A stretch of 64,000 nucleotides of DNA from Octopus bimaculoides (taxonomy: Eukaryota): contig NC_068981.1 in NCBI RefSeq assembly GCF_001194135.2, positions 25,164,138 to 25,228,137 of the forward strand, given 5' to 3'. Below the pieces are notes generated by a model, which did not search any database, was not told the DNA's origin, and was given only the letters and a program-made list of their open reading frames with translations. Positions 26,626 through 40,249 of this stretch are shown piece by piece. The position numbers and the translations under genes were made by a program. The stretch's first letter is position 1; each line of letters opens with the position of its first letter.

Positions 26626-27754
26626 TAGTTTAAATGTTGTATTTCTCAGAAATATCACGACTCCTTGGAATATTAAGTGCTCCACATCGCACCCCCATTT
26701 TGCATGATAAAAATTATTCCAATACGATGCAACAACCCAAGTTGAAAAACACTTTAAAATTATAAGCAAACCAGAACTGTGCTAAGACCGACTTCCCAAC
26801 GTGTTTTACTTTTGTTATGAAATAATTTCTACAGTTATAAGAAGCTATTGGGCACTTGCTAGTTACACTTATATGGGCTCCATAGAACAACAGTGTAGTT
26901 AGAAGGAAGTATACTTTTTCAAGCAGTTTATATATTACTTCATAAATAAGTCGATATGAATTTAGTAACTATTCTGAGAGTTGTTAAATAACAAATTCTA
27001 TACAGTAGCATATACTTGTGAATATATGTTATAATGTTCTGCTTAGGAAATATTTTGGTGTTATAATGCATGCTACACATTGCAAGTTAGAGAGGGTTGT
27101 AAAATATGATCACTTGAAGTCATTTCTTAACAATTGTTCAGACATTTTGTTTATTCCTTTGGAGAGAGTAAAATCTATAGCCGTTACACTTTAAACGACT
27201 GAATTATTGAATGTAAATACACGCACACAAACACATACGCGTGCGCACACAGACACAGACACAGAAACACACAGATACACAGACACACATACACACAAAC
27301 AAACAAAGCTGCACGCGTCTTTAAATAGAAATGAAAGGAAGACCTATTTTCCGTTCCCAATACCTGTGTATAGATATTAAACTGACATTCTCACACCCAC
27401 GACTTATAGATCAAATGAATAAGCACCAATCACAAAAAAATTGTAAAATACATCCTGGTTCAAGCGCCACCCAGCAACCCTGTAGGTTATATAAGTTCAT
27501 GAATTATGAAACTAATTCAGTGTAACCATTTGCTTTCTTTAACTCACCATAAGTAATAGTTCTCATTTTACTTCTCTTCTTTTATAACTCATTACTTACG
27601 TGAAATGTAAGAGTTTCCATGACAGGTATCAAGTGTGATATATCTCGGTTAAACCAGGGCAGTTAAACGCAAACTGCATTGAAAGGTACTCAGGTATCTT
27701 ATGTAAAATTACTTAGTTGTCATCTTTTCCACTCCTGAGTCAACAAGCTGCATA

Positions 27755-27769
27755 ATGAAGTCATTTCAA
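27755..27769 (+). CDS. IL17: IL-17-like gene 1, coding exon 1 (MKSFQ), phase-0 donor
   Basis: cataATG AAG TCA TTT CAA|GTAAGTA. The same 5-codon micro-exon layout precedes all three paralogs, and it splices in frame to the acceptor at 30726. Confidence 0.8.
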
Positions 27770-27797
27770 GTAAGTATTATCTGATACATAATTATAT

Positions 27798-27869
<72 letters not shown>

Positions 27870-28821
27870 AAGAGATAGAGAGAGAGAAATACAAGTCTAT
27901 ATGTTATTATTTGTGTCACCCTTATTTATAAATGTGTATTCATCAGGGTAGGGCAGTTAGACTGCTCCTAGAGAAAATAAAACTATAAATATAATTTGTT
28001 AAATATATAAAATTTTAATTATTTACGATTCATTAGAAATGCGGCGGAGTTTCAGAATAGCTATCTCTATCTTCTGAGGAGCAAAAACAAGTACAAAAAT
28101 AGGAAGCGGGCAAAAACTCTGAGAAAAAATTATTCTTTCAGAATCTTAATTGCCGTTGTATGAAACATGGAATTATGGAAAAAAATGAAAGAAAAAAAAC
28201 CCCACGTAATTCCTGCCCTTCTTTCTCATGAAATAGTGGTAGGCCTTCCGTAAGCTCACTATATGTGATTTTTAAGTCTTGTTAGGAACTTGAACACTTT
28301 TGCAGAGATGTAACAACCATGTGATTAGAAAGCTTACCATTTACGTTGATATCTGGCTTCATTGTAACACGGAATTTTTCATTGAGTGTTTTTCTGTTTC
28401 GGTTGCGGCCAACCACTGAATGCATTCATAATAGAGATATTAACTGATATGTTGAAAATTAAGCAACACCTGTGCCTTAAGCTTTTTAAAGTTAGGAAAG
28501 GCCTTGGATAGGACCAATTTCAATCTATGAACAACATAAACTCCTCCCCAGTAAACGAAACAAAACTGGTTGACATTAGTGCTAAAAAACGAAGTCGTAG
28601 GTGCTACATCGAAGGTTTCCTTCTAGAGAGATATCTAAGCAAAGACTAGGTGTCTCTTACACCCAACTATTGGATGGCCGTTGACTCTACTGAATCTTCC
28701 TTTGACAGGCTTTGTAGTGTTGCTGGTTTTGTCATGGACGGTTTTTCCATGCAACAAGTAGTGCTAGATTAGTTACATGTTATCCGTAGCACTAAGAATA
28801 ACTTGTCACACATACATGTAT

Positions 28822-28852
<31 letters not shown>

Positions 28853-28858
28853 TACATG

Positions 28859-28890
<32 letters not shown>

Positions 28891-28904
28891 CATACATATA
28901 TACA

Positions 28905-28936
<32 letters not shown>

Positions 28937-30591
28937 GGTATACTTAAACAAACACAAACATACCGTCTAAATATTCGTTGATAGAACGGGCAAGGTGTTC
29001 GAAAAGTCATATTTTAGTACGAAGAGTGATATTTGCAGTAAAAAAAGACAAAACCAAACCACGCCAAAATCATTAACTAGGCAGATTTAGACCGATCATG
29101 CACATTTTATGAATACTCTATCCTCCCATAACTTGTCAATATTAGATGAGCATATATGATCTCGTACAGTAATATTCAAAATATTATGTAATATGAATTT
29201 GGTTTTGTTCTAACTTCAGTACGAATAGTAAATGTTGAGTCTGAGATATGGTGGAAGCAAACAATACACGCCACAATATTTGGCGTGAATATTTCCAATG
29301 TTAATTATTACGCAATTACATCAATTCCATTGTCGAAATATCCACAATAAGTAATTCATATGTCAAATAATGTTGTATATTGTATATATGGATTGAATAT
29401 ACAAACAATGTAACAAGATATTTCAATTTAATGCATATTTGTAAGACAAAGTTGATATACATAAAATTTAAAGGTTTTCAAATTTTATTATTAATATCGA
29501 ATCCATTTCTCTAACCTGCAAATATGAAAATAAATCTTTGAGTGTCTGTATTTGTAACAGTAAATAAACATATACATACACATGATCAGTGCGACATATT
29601 AGACTACGTAAACGACAGCCAAGAACGCTAAAATCTGGGGGCCACTGCACAAATTCTGAACCACTTGAAATTTCTTAATCCAACAAAAACACGAAGTCGC
29701 AGTAAAAAATAGAGCAGGAGTGATCACTCCTGGAACAGAGGAAAACAGAGGAGAACAGAGGAAAACAGAGGAAAGGGTTTTAGTGGGACGGATAAGACGA
29801 GAAGGTTTTGTGATATTATAAACTGTCATACAATTTGTCGGAAAACATTTCGAATTTTTTCTCGATACGCCAAAGAAATTTATTCAGTGATATGCATGAT
29901 AATAAAAGCTAACAATAATATCGCAACTGCATTTTTCATTTGCTGTAAAAAGAGTGGTGACTGGAGGAATTTGTGTGAAAAATTGTTAAAGGGGACTAGG
30001 TGAAATGGTGTACAATGTAGGACTACAAGAAGGAAGTACACCATGAAGCCGATATAAGGAGAATACTTTGCAGAGCTCCGAGAAAGGACCAGTCTTGCAA
30101 ATTCATGATGACAATACTTCAGCACTGCAACACTAATTTATAAAGAAACCATTAAAACATGTAATTTCAGTAGTGTCTTTGTTATCTTCAGCAGATTTGC
30201 ACAGTTTGTAGTGCACCTTTTCTCAGTTTAAATGTAACTACCTTATACTTACATAAACACATTTTGACGAAATTAGGAGTGTCGACCTGCGAATTCACAC
30301 AGTATATATCTGCCTACTACCACTCTTAATGCTTTTGTTATAAAACTATCTTGTTTCTCTCACTTCGTTTCTCTCGCTTCGTTCTCTCTTACCTTCATAA
30401 TGACAATGGCTTTACTTATTATTAACAAACAAAAGAAAAAAGAAAAAGAAAGTATCGTACACTAGCTCATTGTATATTATGTCATCCCCAAGCTCTCTTC
30501 AACACTTTAAATTGCTTTTCATTTAAAACTTTATCGAAAGTTATATATTCAACTCTATAAAATAAACAACAGTAATATTATTGTTCGTAAA

Positions 30592-30632
<41 letters not shown>

Positions 30633-30726
30633 AAAATAAATTATCTTAAATGTATTTATTCGGACAAATATATATCATTTTGAAAGTAAAAAAACACCAC
30701 TTTATTAATATGATTTCTTTTCACAG

Positions 30727-31227
30727 TTTCTAAACTACTTTCTCCTCAACTTTATCTTGACTGTATCTTCGGCACCAATGCAGACCAAATGTAAAATACC
30801 AACGAACTTGATAGTACATTACAACAGATTGTCCGGTGCATCCATTGGCAATAAGTTTTTTCTACCAGCTGAAATGGCTCCAGCAGGAAGTAACCAGCGA
30901 CCACAAACCGATGGGGATAGAACTTTTCCAACATCTCTGGTTTCTATTAATATCGTCCGCGAACGTTCAACCTGCCCTTGGTATCTTAAAATTATCCATG
31001 ATCCATCAGTTTTCCCTCCATCACGTACTGAAGCGATATGTCGCTGTAGATACTGTCTAGACTCTGACGAAAATCACCAATGTGTAACAGTATATTCTAA
31101 AACGACTGTCCTGAAACGTACAGGTGAATGTGTTGATGGATTGTATGCGTATAGACCAAGTGTGATTCAAATAGCCACAGCCTGTGTGTGTGCAAAGAAA
31201 GTCGATATCATTTCTGGCAAAAAATGA
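30727..31227 (+). CDS. IL17: IL-17-like gene 1, coding exon 2 (signal peptide remainder plus cystine-knot domain); predicted full protein 171 aa
   Basis: Acceptor tttcttttcacag at 30726, then in-frame FLNYFLLNFILTVSSA|PMQTKC. IL-17 hallmarks RERSTCPWY, EAICRCRYC, CVTV, ATACVCA. Intact ORF with TGA at 31225-31227. Confidence 0.93.
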   Translation, partial: FLNYFLLNFILTVSSAPMQTKCKIPTNLIVHYNRLSGASIGNKFFLPAEMAPAGSNQRPQTDGDRTFPTSLVSINIVRERSTCPWYLKIIHDPSVFPPSRTEAICRCRYCLDSDENHQCVTVYSKTTVLKRTGECVDGLYAYRPSVIQIATACVCAKKVDIISGKK

Positions 31228-31574
31228 CCAAGTTTACGAGTCGTAAAAACGCCAGCCTACCGTTTTGAAATGCGTGTAACGCAAATGTCATTCATAATTT
31301 TATGAATCTTTAAGTAAACCACTATGTGGTCATTGTGTTATTTCTTATATTTTGTTAATACCTTTAATATATGCAACTGTTTTATATTTCATAATCATAA
31401 ATATGTTCAATGAAATCCCAAGTCATTACTATGTAATGAATTAAAATTGTTAGCATATTGTTAACTATATCATTATCTAAATAACAGTATGTTATTTAAT
31501 TATAAGTGTACATATTAATCAATTTATAATATATAACTGCGCTAGACGCAGCGTCACTCTTTCTTTACTCGCAT

Positions 31575-31638
<64 letters not shown>

Positions 31639-33717
31639 NNNNNNNNNNNNNNNNNNNNNNNNNNNNNNNNNNNNNNNNNNNNNNNNNNNNNNNNNNNNNN
31701 NNNNNNNNNNNNNNNNNNNNNNNNNNNNNNNNNNNNNNNNNNNNNNNNNNNNNNNNNNNNNNNNNNNNNNNNNNNNNNNNNNNNNNNNNNNNNNNNNNNN
31801 NNNNNNNNNNNNNNNNNNNNNNNNNNNNNNNNNNNNNNNNNNNNNNNNNNNNNNNNNNNNNNNNNNNNNNNNNNNNNNNNNNNNNNNNNNNNNNNNNNNN
31901 NNNNNNNNNNNNNNNNNNNNNNNNNNNNNNNNNNNNNNNNNNNNNNNNNNNNNNNNNNNNNNNNNNNNNNNNNNNNNNNNNNNNNNNNNNNNNNNNNNNN
32001 NNNNNNNNNNNNNNNNNNNNNNNNNNNNNNNNNNNNNNNNNNNNNNNNNNNNNNNNNNNNNNNNNNNNNNNNNNNNNNNNNNNNNNNNNNNNNNNNNNNN
32101 NNNNNNNNNNNNNNNNNNNNNNNNNNNNNNNNNNNNNNNNNNNNNNNNNNNNNNNNNNNTATATATATATATATAAATCTTTAGTTAAATATATTCAATG
32201 AGAATATCATATACTGAATTTATATTGAGTGTTGTATTGTATCAGATTATTAATGCTATTAAAGTATCTATGTATTTAACACGAGCGGTGCAACGTGTAT
32301 TTAAATATAATAAATGTATTTATATTTTCGCTTTTATTGTATATGCCTGTATATAAATGTCTATAATAACTTCAAGTAACGTTAAAAATTCATAAATATA
32401 TGTTATATATTATATATTATATATAATACTGAATAATTCATTCAATGAAAATTGATACGTATATATTGTGTTGTACATATTAATTTGCTATTAAAACCTT
32501 CTTTTATATCAATTTATTTTAAAATAAAAACATGTTAAATAATATTTTAACTCGTTAATATTTTCTTGAATTAATTCAATGGTGTTACTTCTCTCTAGCC
32601 ATAACAATTAATCGATATGCATTTGTAAGTCCACATTATAATACTACTTGTATTACAATTGCCGTACTTTAATGTATATTTCATACATAAAGTGCCATTG
32701 CGAATAACTCCGTTTATTTCGGTTATCAGTCGTAACAATTAATGTAATTTCTGATAGTTTCGCATTCCACCAAGCTGATGAGCAGTATTGACAGTCAGAG
32801 AATTCTCAAATTCTTTTAGATCACATTATACCTATGTTACATTCATGCAGTCTCCATACTAACCAAACAACAACAATAGCAACAACAACAACAACAACAA
32901 CCTCAAAGCGTTTATTTTGTTTTAACTCTTAATAAGGCTTCGCTTTTACTCTCCCTTTATTTCTCTCACATATCCATCGCAAAGCTTTCCTCTGATGCTA
33001 CTACGTAGAGATCAACCAGTGTTTTGATATCCTAAATCCATTTTCTAGCTAAAAAGCGAAAACATAATTTATGGAAGAACAAAACTCTGCCATCATAGTG
33101 GTTCATGCGGCTCATTAAGTCTCTCATATTTTAAGCAACTCCATTCATCAATGTTCTTCATACTGCTTTCCATTCGACCATCAAATCAAGAATCAGAATA
33201 ATCAGTTGACCCGATTAATGGAACAGCTTGCTCATGAAATAAATAAATACTGTATATATACATATATNNNNNNNNNNNNNNNNNNNNNNNNNNNNNNNNN
33301 NNNNNNNNNNNNNNNNNNNNNNNNNNNNNNNNNNNNNTATATATAATATATATAATATACAGAAATAAATTTATTTCTCAAACGCGTGATCAGGATAAAT
33401 TATCCATTTATTGCAGAAAAATACGTTACTGGCCAGCCATGAGACGTAACCAACATAAATACAAAGACAAACTGTTTTGTCAACAACGAGAGAAGCAAAT
33501 GGAATACAAGACAACCGACATAAAGAAGAACCTTTCATCAGTTATCGGCTGTATATCAAAACTGTCCGACGAACGGGAACGTGGAACTCTGAGTAACAGC
33601 TTCTGTTATATTTCTACTGCTTTTAAATAAAGCTCATTACTCTGGTATTTGAGTACTCTTTTTCCCACCTTGTTTTACACTTATGTGCTTACTCCCGTAT
33701 ATATAAATATATATACA

Positions 33718-33890
33718 TAGGCGTGGGAGTGGCTCTGTGGTAAGTAGCTTGCTTACCAGCCACATGGTTCCGCGTTCAGTCCCACCGCGTGGCACCATGG
33801 ACAAGTGTCTTCTACTATAGCCTCGGGCCGACCAAAGCCTTGTGAGTGGATTTGGTAGACGGAAACTGAAAGAAACCTGTCGTATATATG
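33718..33890 (+). mobile_element. Family-A CORE-like SINE (5' part)
   Basis: Near-identical to 62763-62920 (ggagtggct.tgtggtaagtagcttgcttacca.ccacatggttcc..gacggaaactgaaagaa). Confidence 0.85.
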
Positions 33891-33949
<59 letters not shown>

Positions 33950-34476
33950 CTGTGTGTGTGTCTGTGTTTGTTGCAATTACTATTACTCCATGGAGCAGAC
34001 GACGAAGCCTTCTACATAGATTGTCGCTTGCTAGAAATAGCAGTCACATTACTCTCAACTGACTCTATACTCCCTTCAAGAAAATAAACGGGCACATTGA
34101 ATAACGTCCTCATAATAATATTGTTTGAACATATAAAAACGGGTGGTCATGGTTGAAATACTTTAAATCACGTGTCTGCTTTCAGAATTAACCTGCAAAA
34201 CGACTATGTTATAGATTTCCCTAATTTTTCTGCGTCTCTTTCCTCTCTCACTTTCTCCGTCTCTTTCTCTCTCCCACTCCCTCGTTCTCTCTCCCACTCC
34301 CTCGTTCTCTCTCCTTCGTGCTCTCTTCCTCTCCTTCATTCTCTCCCTCTTTCCTCTCTGTATTTGTTTCTTCTCGCGGGTTTGTGTTTCAGATACGCTC
34401 TATTTAATTATTTAAATAAAATATGACAGTATATTTTAGTATAAACATCCACACACCTACATAAGCACGCTCACTA

Positions 34477-34706
34477 GGAATGCATGCAATGAGCTTCTCT
34501 GTCCTAGAAGTACGGAAAACACTCGGCGAGAAATGGAAGAAAATTTGAAGAAAAAAAAATGATAATAATAATAATAAACACTGCTTGGAACGGCTCGAAT
34601 ACTCCGGATGGTGCTCGAAAATTTAGGGGTGTTACCTTAGGTCACTGGTAGTGAACAGCTGGCACTGTAGTACATCTCCAGCGTTAGAAGCTGTGCAAAG
34701 ATGATG

Positions 34707-34790
<84 letters not shown>
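34477..34790 (+). mobile_element. Two extremely 5'-truncated R4/Dong 3' ends of different families, separated and followed by (TAA)n
   Basis: 34477-34560 matches the 3'UTR at about 15205-15290. 34577-34700 matches the ORF end and 3'UTR at about 5533-5660. Confidence 0.85.
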
Positions 34791-34795
<5 letters not shown>

Positions 34796-34984
34796 ATGCT
34801 GGACATTTGATTCTTTACAATCAAGAGAATCCCGTAAGCTATGATCCTGATTTAATACCAAAATGTATCTATATCTAAAAAATATATGACATGTCATTGT
34901 GGCTTTTAATTTATTTAATTTATTCCTGTGTCTTAAATATAAAATTTAACTTAATTATCCTGCCCTCGAATATTATTAATTTCT

Positions 34985-36680
34985 CGAAAGGTTGTCATAA
35001 ATCGATCGTAGAGCAATTTAATGCATTGATTAATGGAGAAGAAATCCCGGGCTGGTTGACCAAAGAACGAACGGTGTTTTGTCTGAAGGATCCATCAAAG
35101 GGAAATACTGCTGATAATTGCAGACCAATTTCTTGCCTCGCATTAATGTGGAAATTACTATCTGGAGGAATTGCAGAAGACTGTATGAATTTCTTGATGA
35201 GAACGATATATTACCGCCCGAACAAAAAGGCTGTAGAAAGAGATGCAGAGGTACCAAAGATCAATTACTGATAGACAAAATAGTAATGCAAGATTGTAAA
35301 CAAAGGAGAACACATTTGGGAACGGCCTGGATTGACTGTCACCAAGCTTATGATATGATTCCACATTCGTGGATCATAGAATGCTAAGATCTGTTTGGAA
35401 TTGCGAGGAATGTATCGTGATTCCTGAAGAGAATTATTGTAGTGTAGAAAACTGAACTGACATCATGTAGATAGAGCTTAGGCACGCAAGGTACCAGAAG
35501 AGAAATTTTCCTGGGTGATAACTTATCTCCATTGCTTTTTGTTCTCTGCATGATACCCCTGACCTTGGTACTTAGGAATATGAACCTGGGGTAACAATTA
35601 AAGGAAAAAATCTCAAACAATCAATCATCTCTTCTTCATGGATGATTTGAAACTGTATGGCAAGGATGAAACACAAGTGAGTTCCTTGGTGAACACGGTT
35701 TACTATTTTAATACTGATATTAGAATGGAATTTAGACTCAAGAAGTGCGGAATAATCTATCTAAAAAGAGACAATGTACAGTCCCTAGTGAGGATAGAAT
35801 TACTGAACAGAGACTTGATTAACAAACTGAAATGAAAGGCTACAAATACTTTGGTGTACAAGAGTTCAATGAGATAATGGAGAAGGAAATGAAAGAGCAA
35901 CTGAGGATGGAGTACGTCCAAAGACGAAGATTGGTATTGCGACTCAGAATTGATGGATGAAATATAATCCAAAATGTTACGGTCAATCTGCAAGAGATGT
36001 GAACTTGACGACAAATACAGAGGACCGGTGGCTATGGATGAAGAGAAATGACCTGAAGATACAGACAGAAGCATTCATATGCACAGCTCAGGAATAAACG
36101 TTAAGGATCAACTATGTGAAATATAGAATAGACAACACTACAGAGAGCGACAAATGCAGAATGTGTGGTGAGAGGAGTGAAATGGTATGGCACATCGTTA
36201 GGGAGTGACCGAAATTGGCACATCGCAAATATAAAAGACACCATGACAATGTGGCAAGAATTATCCATTGGGAGCGCTGTAGAGATCACGGTCCACAAAG
36301 AACAAAGACATGGAATGAGAAAGCCCCAGAAGGAGTCACCGAGAATGAGAATTGCAAAATCCTGTAGGACACAATGATGCCGTGCGACCACCTGACCAGA
36401 CATCGGAAACCAGATGTTGTTGTGGTGAATAAAAAAGAAAGAACATAGCATGCCCCGGTGACAACAGGATCCATGTGAAAGAAAAAAAAAAAAACAACTG
36501 TGACGATTCCAGGATCCTAATGAAAAAGGAAGAAAAACACAAAGAAAATACAATCCCTTAAAATTTGAAATAGGAATAATTTAGAGCATGCGAACAGTAA
36601 AGGTCTTGCCTATATTAAATGATGCGTTGGGAACCGTAAGCCGAGATATAGACAAATTGTTGAAAGAGATTGCAATACAT
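34985..36680 (+). mobile_element. Degenerate R4/Dong-clade retrotransposon (RT domains 1-7, knuckle, RLE), truncated at both ends
   Basis: [54 protein letters not shown]; LFMDDLKLYGK; CRMCGERSE; KPDVVVVNK; ..TVKVLPILNDALGTVS. Confidence 0.88.
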
Positions 36681-36890
36681 TGTACTCGACTGACGTTTTG
36701 TTCTAAAGCATACATTTATTGAGTTCTAACACAAAGTTATTAGTATCGCTATGTCTAAGTGAAATGATAACACACACACAAACATACATAATACATAATA
36801 CACACATACATACATGCATACATACACACATAGATACGTACGTACATACATAGATACATACAGACATACATCCATACATATATTTTATGT

Positions 36891-37050
36891 AGGCGCAGGA
36901 GTGGATGTGTGGTAAGTAGCTTGTTTACCAACCACATGGTTCCGGGTTCATTCTCACTGCCTTGGGCAAGTGTCTTCTGTTATAGCCTCGGGCCGACCAA
37001 AGCCTTGTGAGTGGATTAGGTAGACGGAAACTGAAAGAAGCCCGTCGTAT
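36891..37050 (+). mobile_element. Family-A CORE-like SINE (5' part)
   Basis: ggcgcaggagtggatgtgtggtaagtagcttg..ccttgggcaagtgtcttc..gacggaaactgaaagaagcccgtcg. Confidence 0.85.
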
Positions 37051-37388
37051 ATATATATATATATATATATGTNNNNNNNNNNNNNNNNNNNNNNNNNNNN
37101 NNNNNNNNNNNNNNNNNNNNNNNNNNNNNNNNNNNNNNNNNNNNNNNNNNNNNNNNNNNNNNNNNNNNNNNNNNNNNNNNNNNNNNNNNNNNNNNNNNNN
37201 NNNNNNNNNNNNNNNNNNNNNNNNNNNNNNNNNNNNNNNNNNNNNNNNNNNNNNNNNNNNNNNNNNNNNNNNNNNNNNNNNNNNNNNNNNNNNNNNNNNN
37301 NNNNNNNNNNNNNNNNNNNNNNNNNNNNNNNNNNNNNNNNNNNNNNNNNNNNNNNNNNNNNNNNNNNNNNNNNNNNNNNNNNNNNNNN

Positions 37389-37434
<46 letters not shown>

Positions 37435-37438
37435 GCGT

Positions 37439-37784
37439 CACTAAAGTGTCAGAGGGTGCTACGTGGTACCAGCATTGGTAGAAATAAGAGTCAAAACATT
37501 CGATAACCACAAATGCACTACCTCTTTGAGATCAGCGTATGAGTTCAACGGTTTTCTTATAAGCTGACAAGGTGAGTTGAATATAAATCTAGGCGTGGTG
37601 AGAGCCAACGATGAAAATTAAGATGTTCTGCACCAAAATTTGTAATCACCGGCGATCTGGTTGTCCGCTAGGGAACTTATCTCCCTTGTCACTCATTAAG
37701 ATTGTGCATTTCTGGCTATTGAGTTGTTTTGTCTCTTAGTTCTAGCAATATCGGTACCACTTGGTACCCTCTGTCACTTTCGTG
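37439..37784. mobile_element. MITE-like element with about 60-bp imperfect terminal inverted repeats
   Basis: The left arm cactaaagtgtcagagggtgctacgtggtaccagcattggtagaaataagagtcaaaaca aligns without gaps to the reverse complement of 37725-37784 (cacgaaagtgacagagggtaccaagtggtaccgatattgctagaactaagagacaaaaca). Confidence 0.7.
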
Positions 37785-38211
37785 ATTGAAGCTGAAGAAG
37801 TTAGAATAACAGCATTTTGTTGAGGCAAACGTCTAGTTTTGAGAGCATCAAGGCGATGTGTTATTTGTCGCAACACCATCGTCGTGGCTATAATATTTGT
37901 AGCTTATTCTGCGTTATTCAAATTATGTAATTATTACAAATCAATATACATTTATAATAGAATAAAATGTAAATAGCAATGTTATTTCTACTTTTCCTGA
38001 ATGAATAGTTGTAGAGAAATCGGGAGCCATGCACGCTAGAATGGTCGTCACATTAACTTACTTTATTTTTTTAAAATCCGTCACAACCTACTTCTTTTCC
38101 AAATTTACAACGAATTGAGCAAAATATTGAAATATTCTTGCTGTATGTTTGATATAAATCTATATATTATGTCTTAATATAAAAACCGAGTAGTATATAC
38201 ACTCATGATGA

Positions 38212-38282
<71 letters not shown>

Positions 38283-38668
38283 GTATCATTAGAATAAGTA
38301 TAATTATAATAAAGTAAATACTTTTGATAGAAATACTAAGAAAAAAAAAAAAGAAAAAGCATAGAATAATGTTTCTTATAGTAGACATTAGTTATTCGAG
38401 AAACCCGTGGAAATTGAGAGACATTATTAATCTAATTACATTAATGTCAATAGCAATTAATGAATGGCATTATTTGAGCCAACAGTTACGTGTCCGTAAA
38501 GAGAAGTCTGCATGTTTACGCTTAAGTGGCGCTCGGACATCCGACTGTATGTAAGTCTAGGATGTAAACATTTCCATTGTTACTCTTCCGTCGTTTTATG
38601 CCTTTAACCCCCGAATTTTTGGCATGATGTTTCCTTGTGGGTAGTTTTCGGTGTGATATATATACATG

Positions 38669-38676
38669 TATATAAG
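38669..38676 (+). promoter_or_regulatory. Candidate TATA box (TATATAAG) of IL-17-like gene 2
   Basis: Lies 132 nt upstream of the ATG. The identical octamer is 136 nt upstream of the gene-3 ATG. Confidence 0.5.
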
Positions 38677-38800
38677 CAAACACATGTATGCAGGCTAATA
38701 TCATTCCGAATCTGTACTCCACTACGGAACGGACACATCTCACTTGTAATATATCTTATTGTTGCCGTCTCTTTTTATTTCCAAGTGAACTATCAGCGTA

Positions 38801-38815
38801 ATGAAGATAACTAAA
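38801..38815 (+). CDS. IL17: IL-17-like gene 2, coding exon 1 (MKITK), phase-0 donor
   Basis: cgtaATG AAG ATA ACT AAA|GTAAGTAAACTTAT, in frame with the acceptor at 42945. Confidence 0.8.
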
Positions 38816-39746
38816 GTAAGTAAACTTATATTAATAGCTATTATCATATTATCTGTGTATGTGTGTATGTACTTCTAAATACATTATATCTTACATATAT
38901 TCAACAAATCAAATCTGGTTCAACAAATCATAAGTCGAAACTTGATATCCAGTTAATTTGTTCTCAGAAAATCCTAATTCAAATATGAGTATGAAATCGC
39001 GCCACCAATATATATTGCACTGTTATCCTTAAAAATTATTATAAATTAATAGCAATTTCTTAACATTTACGTACATATTAACTTATTTCCAGGAGATTTT
39101 ATTGTGAAACACACGCTCTGAACACACGTAGTTTCAGGTTTAGTTCAGCTGCGTGGCACACTGGGCTGGTGATTTCTGCTGACGTCTAGTGAGCGAACTT
39201 CGTAAAGGGGAAACTGTGAGGAATCTCGTCATATATATATATATANNNNNNNNNNNNNNNNNNNNNNNNNNNNNNNNNNNNNNNNNNNNNNNNNNNNNNN
39301 NNNNNNNNNNNNNNNNNNNNNNNNNNNNNNNNNNNNNNNNNNNNNNNNNNNNNNNNNNNNNNNNNNNNNNNNNNNNNNNNNNNNNNNNNNNNNNNNNNNN
39401 NNNNNNNNNNNNNNNNNNNNNNNNNNNNNNNNNNNNNNNNNNNNNNNNNNNNNNNNNNNNNNNNNNNNNNNNNNNNNNNNNNNNNNNNNNNNNNNNNNNN
39501 NNNNNNNNNNNNNNNNNNNNNNNNNNNNNNNNNNNNNNNNNNNNNNNNNNNNNNNNNNNNNNNNNNNNNNNNNNNNNNNNNNNNNNNNNNNNNNNNNNNN
39601 NNNNNNNNNNNNNNNNNNNNNNNNNNNNNNNNNNNNNNNNNNNNNNNNNNNNNNNNNNNNNNNNNNNNNNNNNNNNNNNNNNNNNNNNNNNNNNNNNNNN
39701 NNNNNNNNNNNNNNNNNNNNNNNNNNNNNNNNNNNNNNNNNNNNNN

Positions 39747-39779
<33 letters not shown>

Positions 39780-39782
<3 letters not shown>

Positions 39783-40215
39783 CGGGTGATAGATAAATTG
39801 TCATCATTTTATATTTTTAATTTTGTCGATTACACAGTATAGTAGGGTCAGTTGGGCACTGTGTGTGAGAAAAACAGCACCATGACACGATTCACTCTGC
39901 CTGAAATTTGAAACGGACATACTGCACTGCTTGGAATTTGCACCGGTAGCTCCAATACACACAGAAAAACTGTTGGCTTGCCGTATCCCTAAACTATGTA
40001 CCGAGAGTGATAAAATCAAACATTCAATCAACATCATAGTGTTTGGAGTGATCACTAGTGATGGCTGTGTTATGCCTTCATTCATCTTCCCACATGACCT
40101 CAAACGCAACACGGAGGCTTACATGAAGTGCCTGGAGGCGGTAGTGCTGCCTTGGGTCAAGAGGTGACAGCTGGAAGAACCTATGTCTGACAACAAGACT
40201 CAGCACCATGACTTG
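39780..40215 (+). mobile_element. Tc1/mariner transposase fragment (DD-catalytic region), decayed, within intron 1 of gene 2
   Basis: KHSINIIVFGVITSDGCVMPSFIFPHDLKRNTEAYMKCLEAVVLPWVKR, then VTAGRTYV*QQDSAP (the QQD.AP.H motif). Candidate TA|CAGCGGGTG terminus at 39780. Confidence 0.75.
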
Positions 40216-40249
40216 AATACTGTCCTGATATCATATGGGCCGCATAGGG

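Noticed and set aside
29720-29775. (AACAGAGG(A/G)A)x4 short tandem repeat in gene-1 intron
   Set aside because: An ordinary slippage repeat with no spacers or leader, so it is not CRISPR-like. No CRISPR or rRNA signal was seen anywhere in the window.
31228-31520. AU-rich elements and polyA signal (ATTAAA near 31440) in the gene-1 3'UTR
   Set aside because: Plausible for a cytokine mRNA but indistinguishable from the AT-rich background without 3'-end data.
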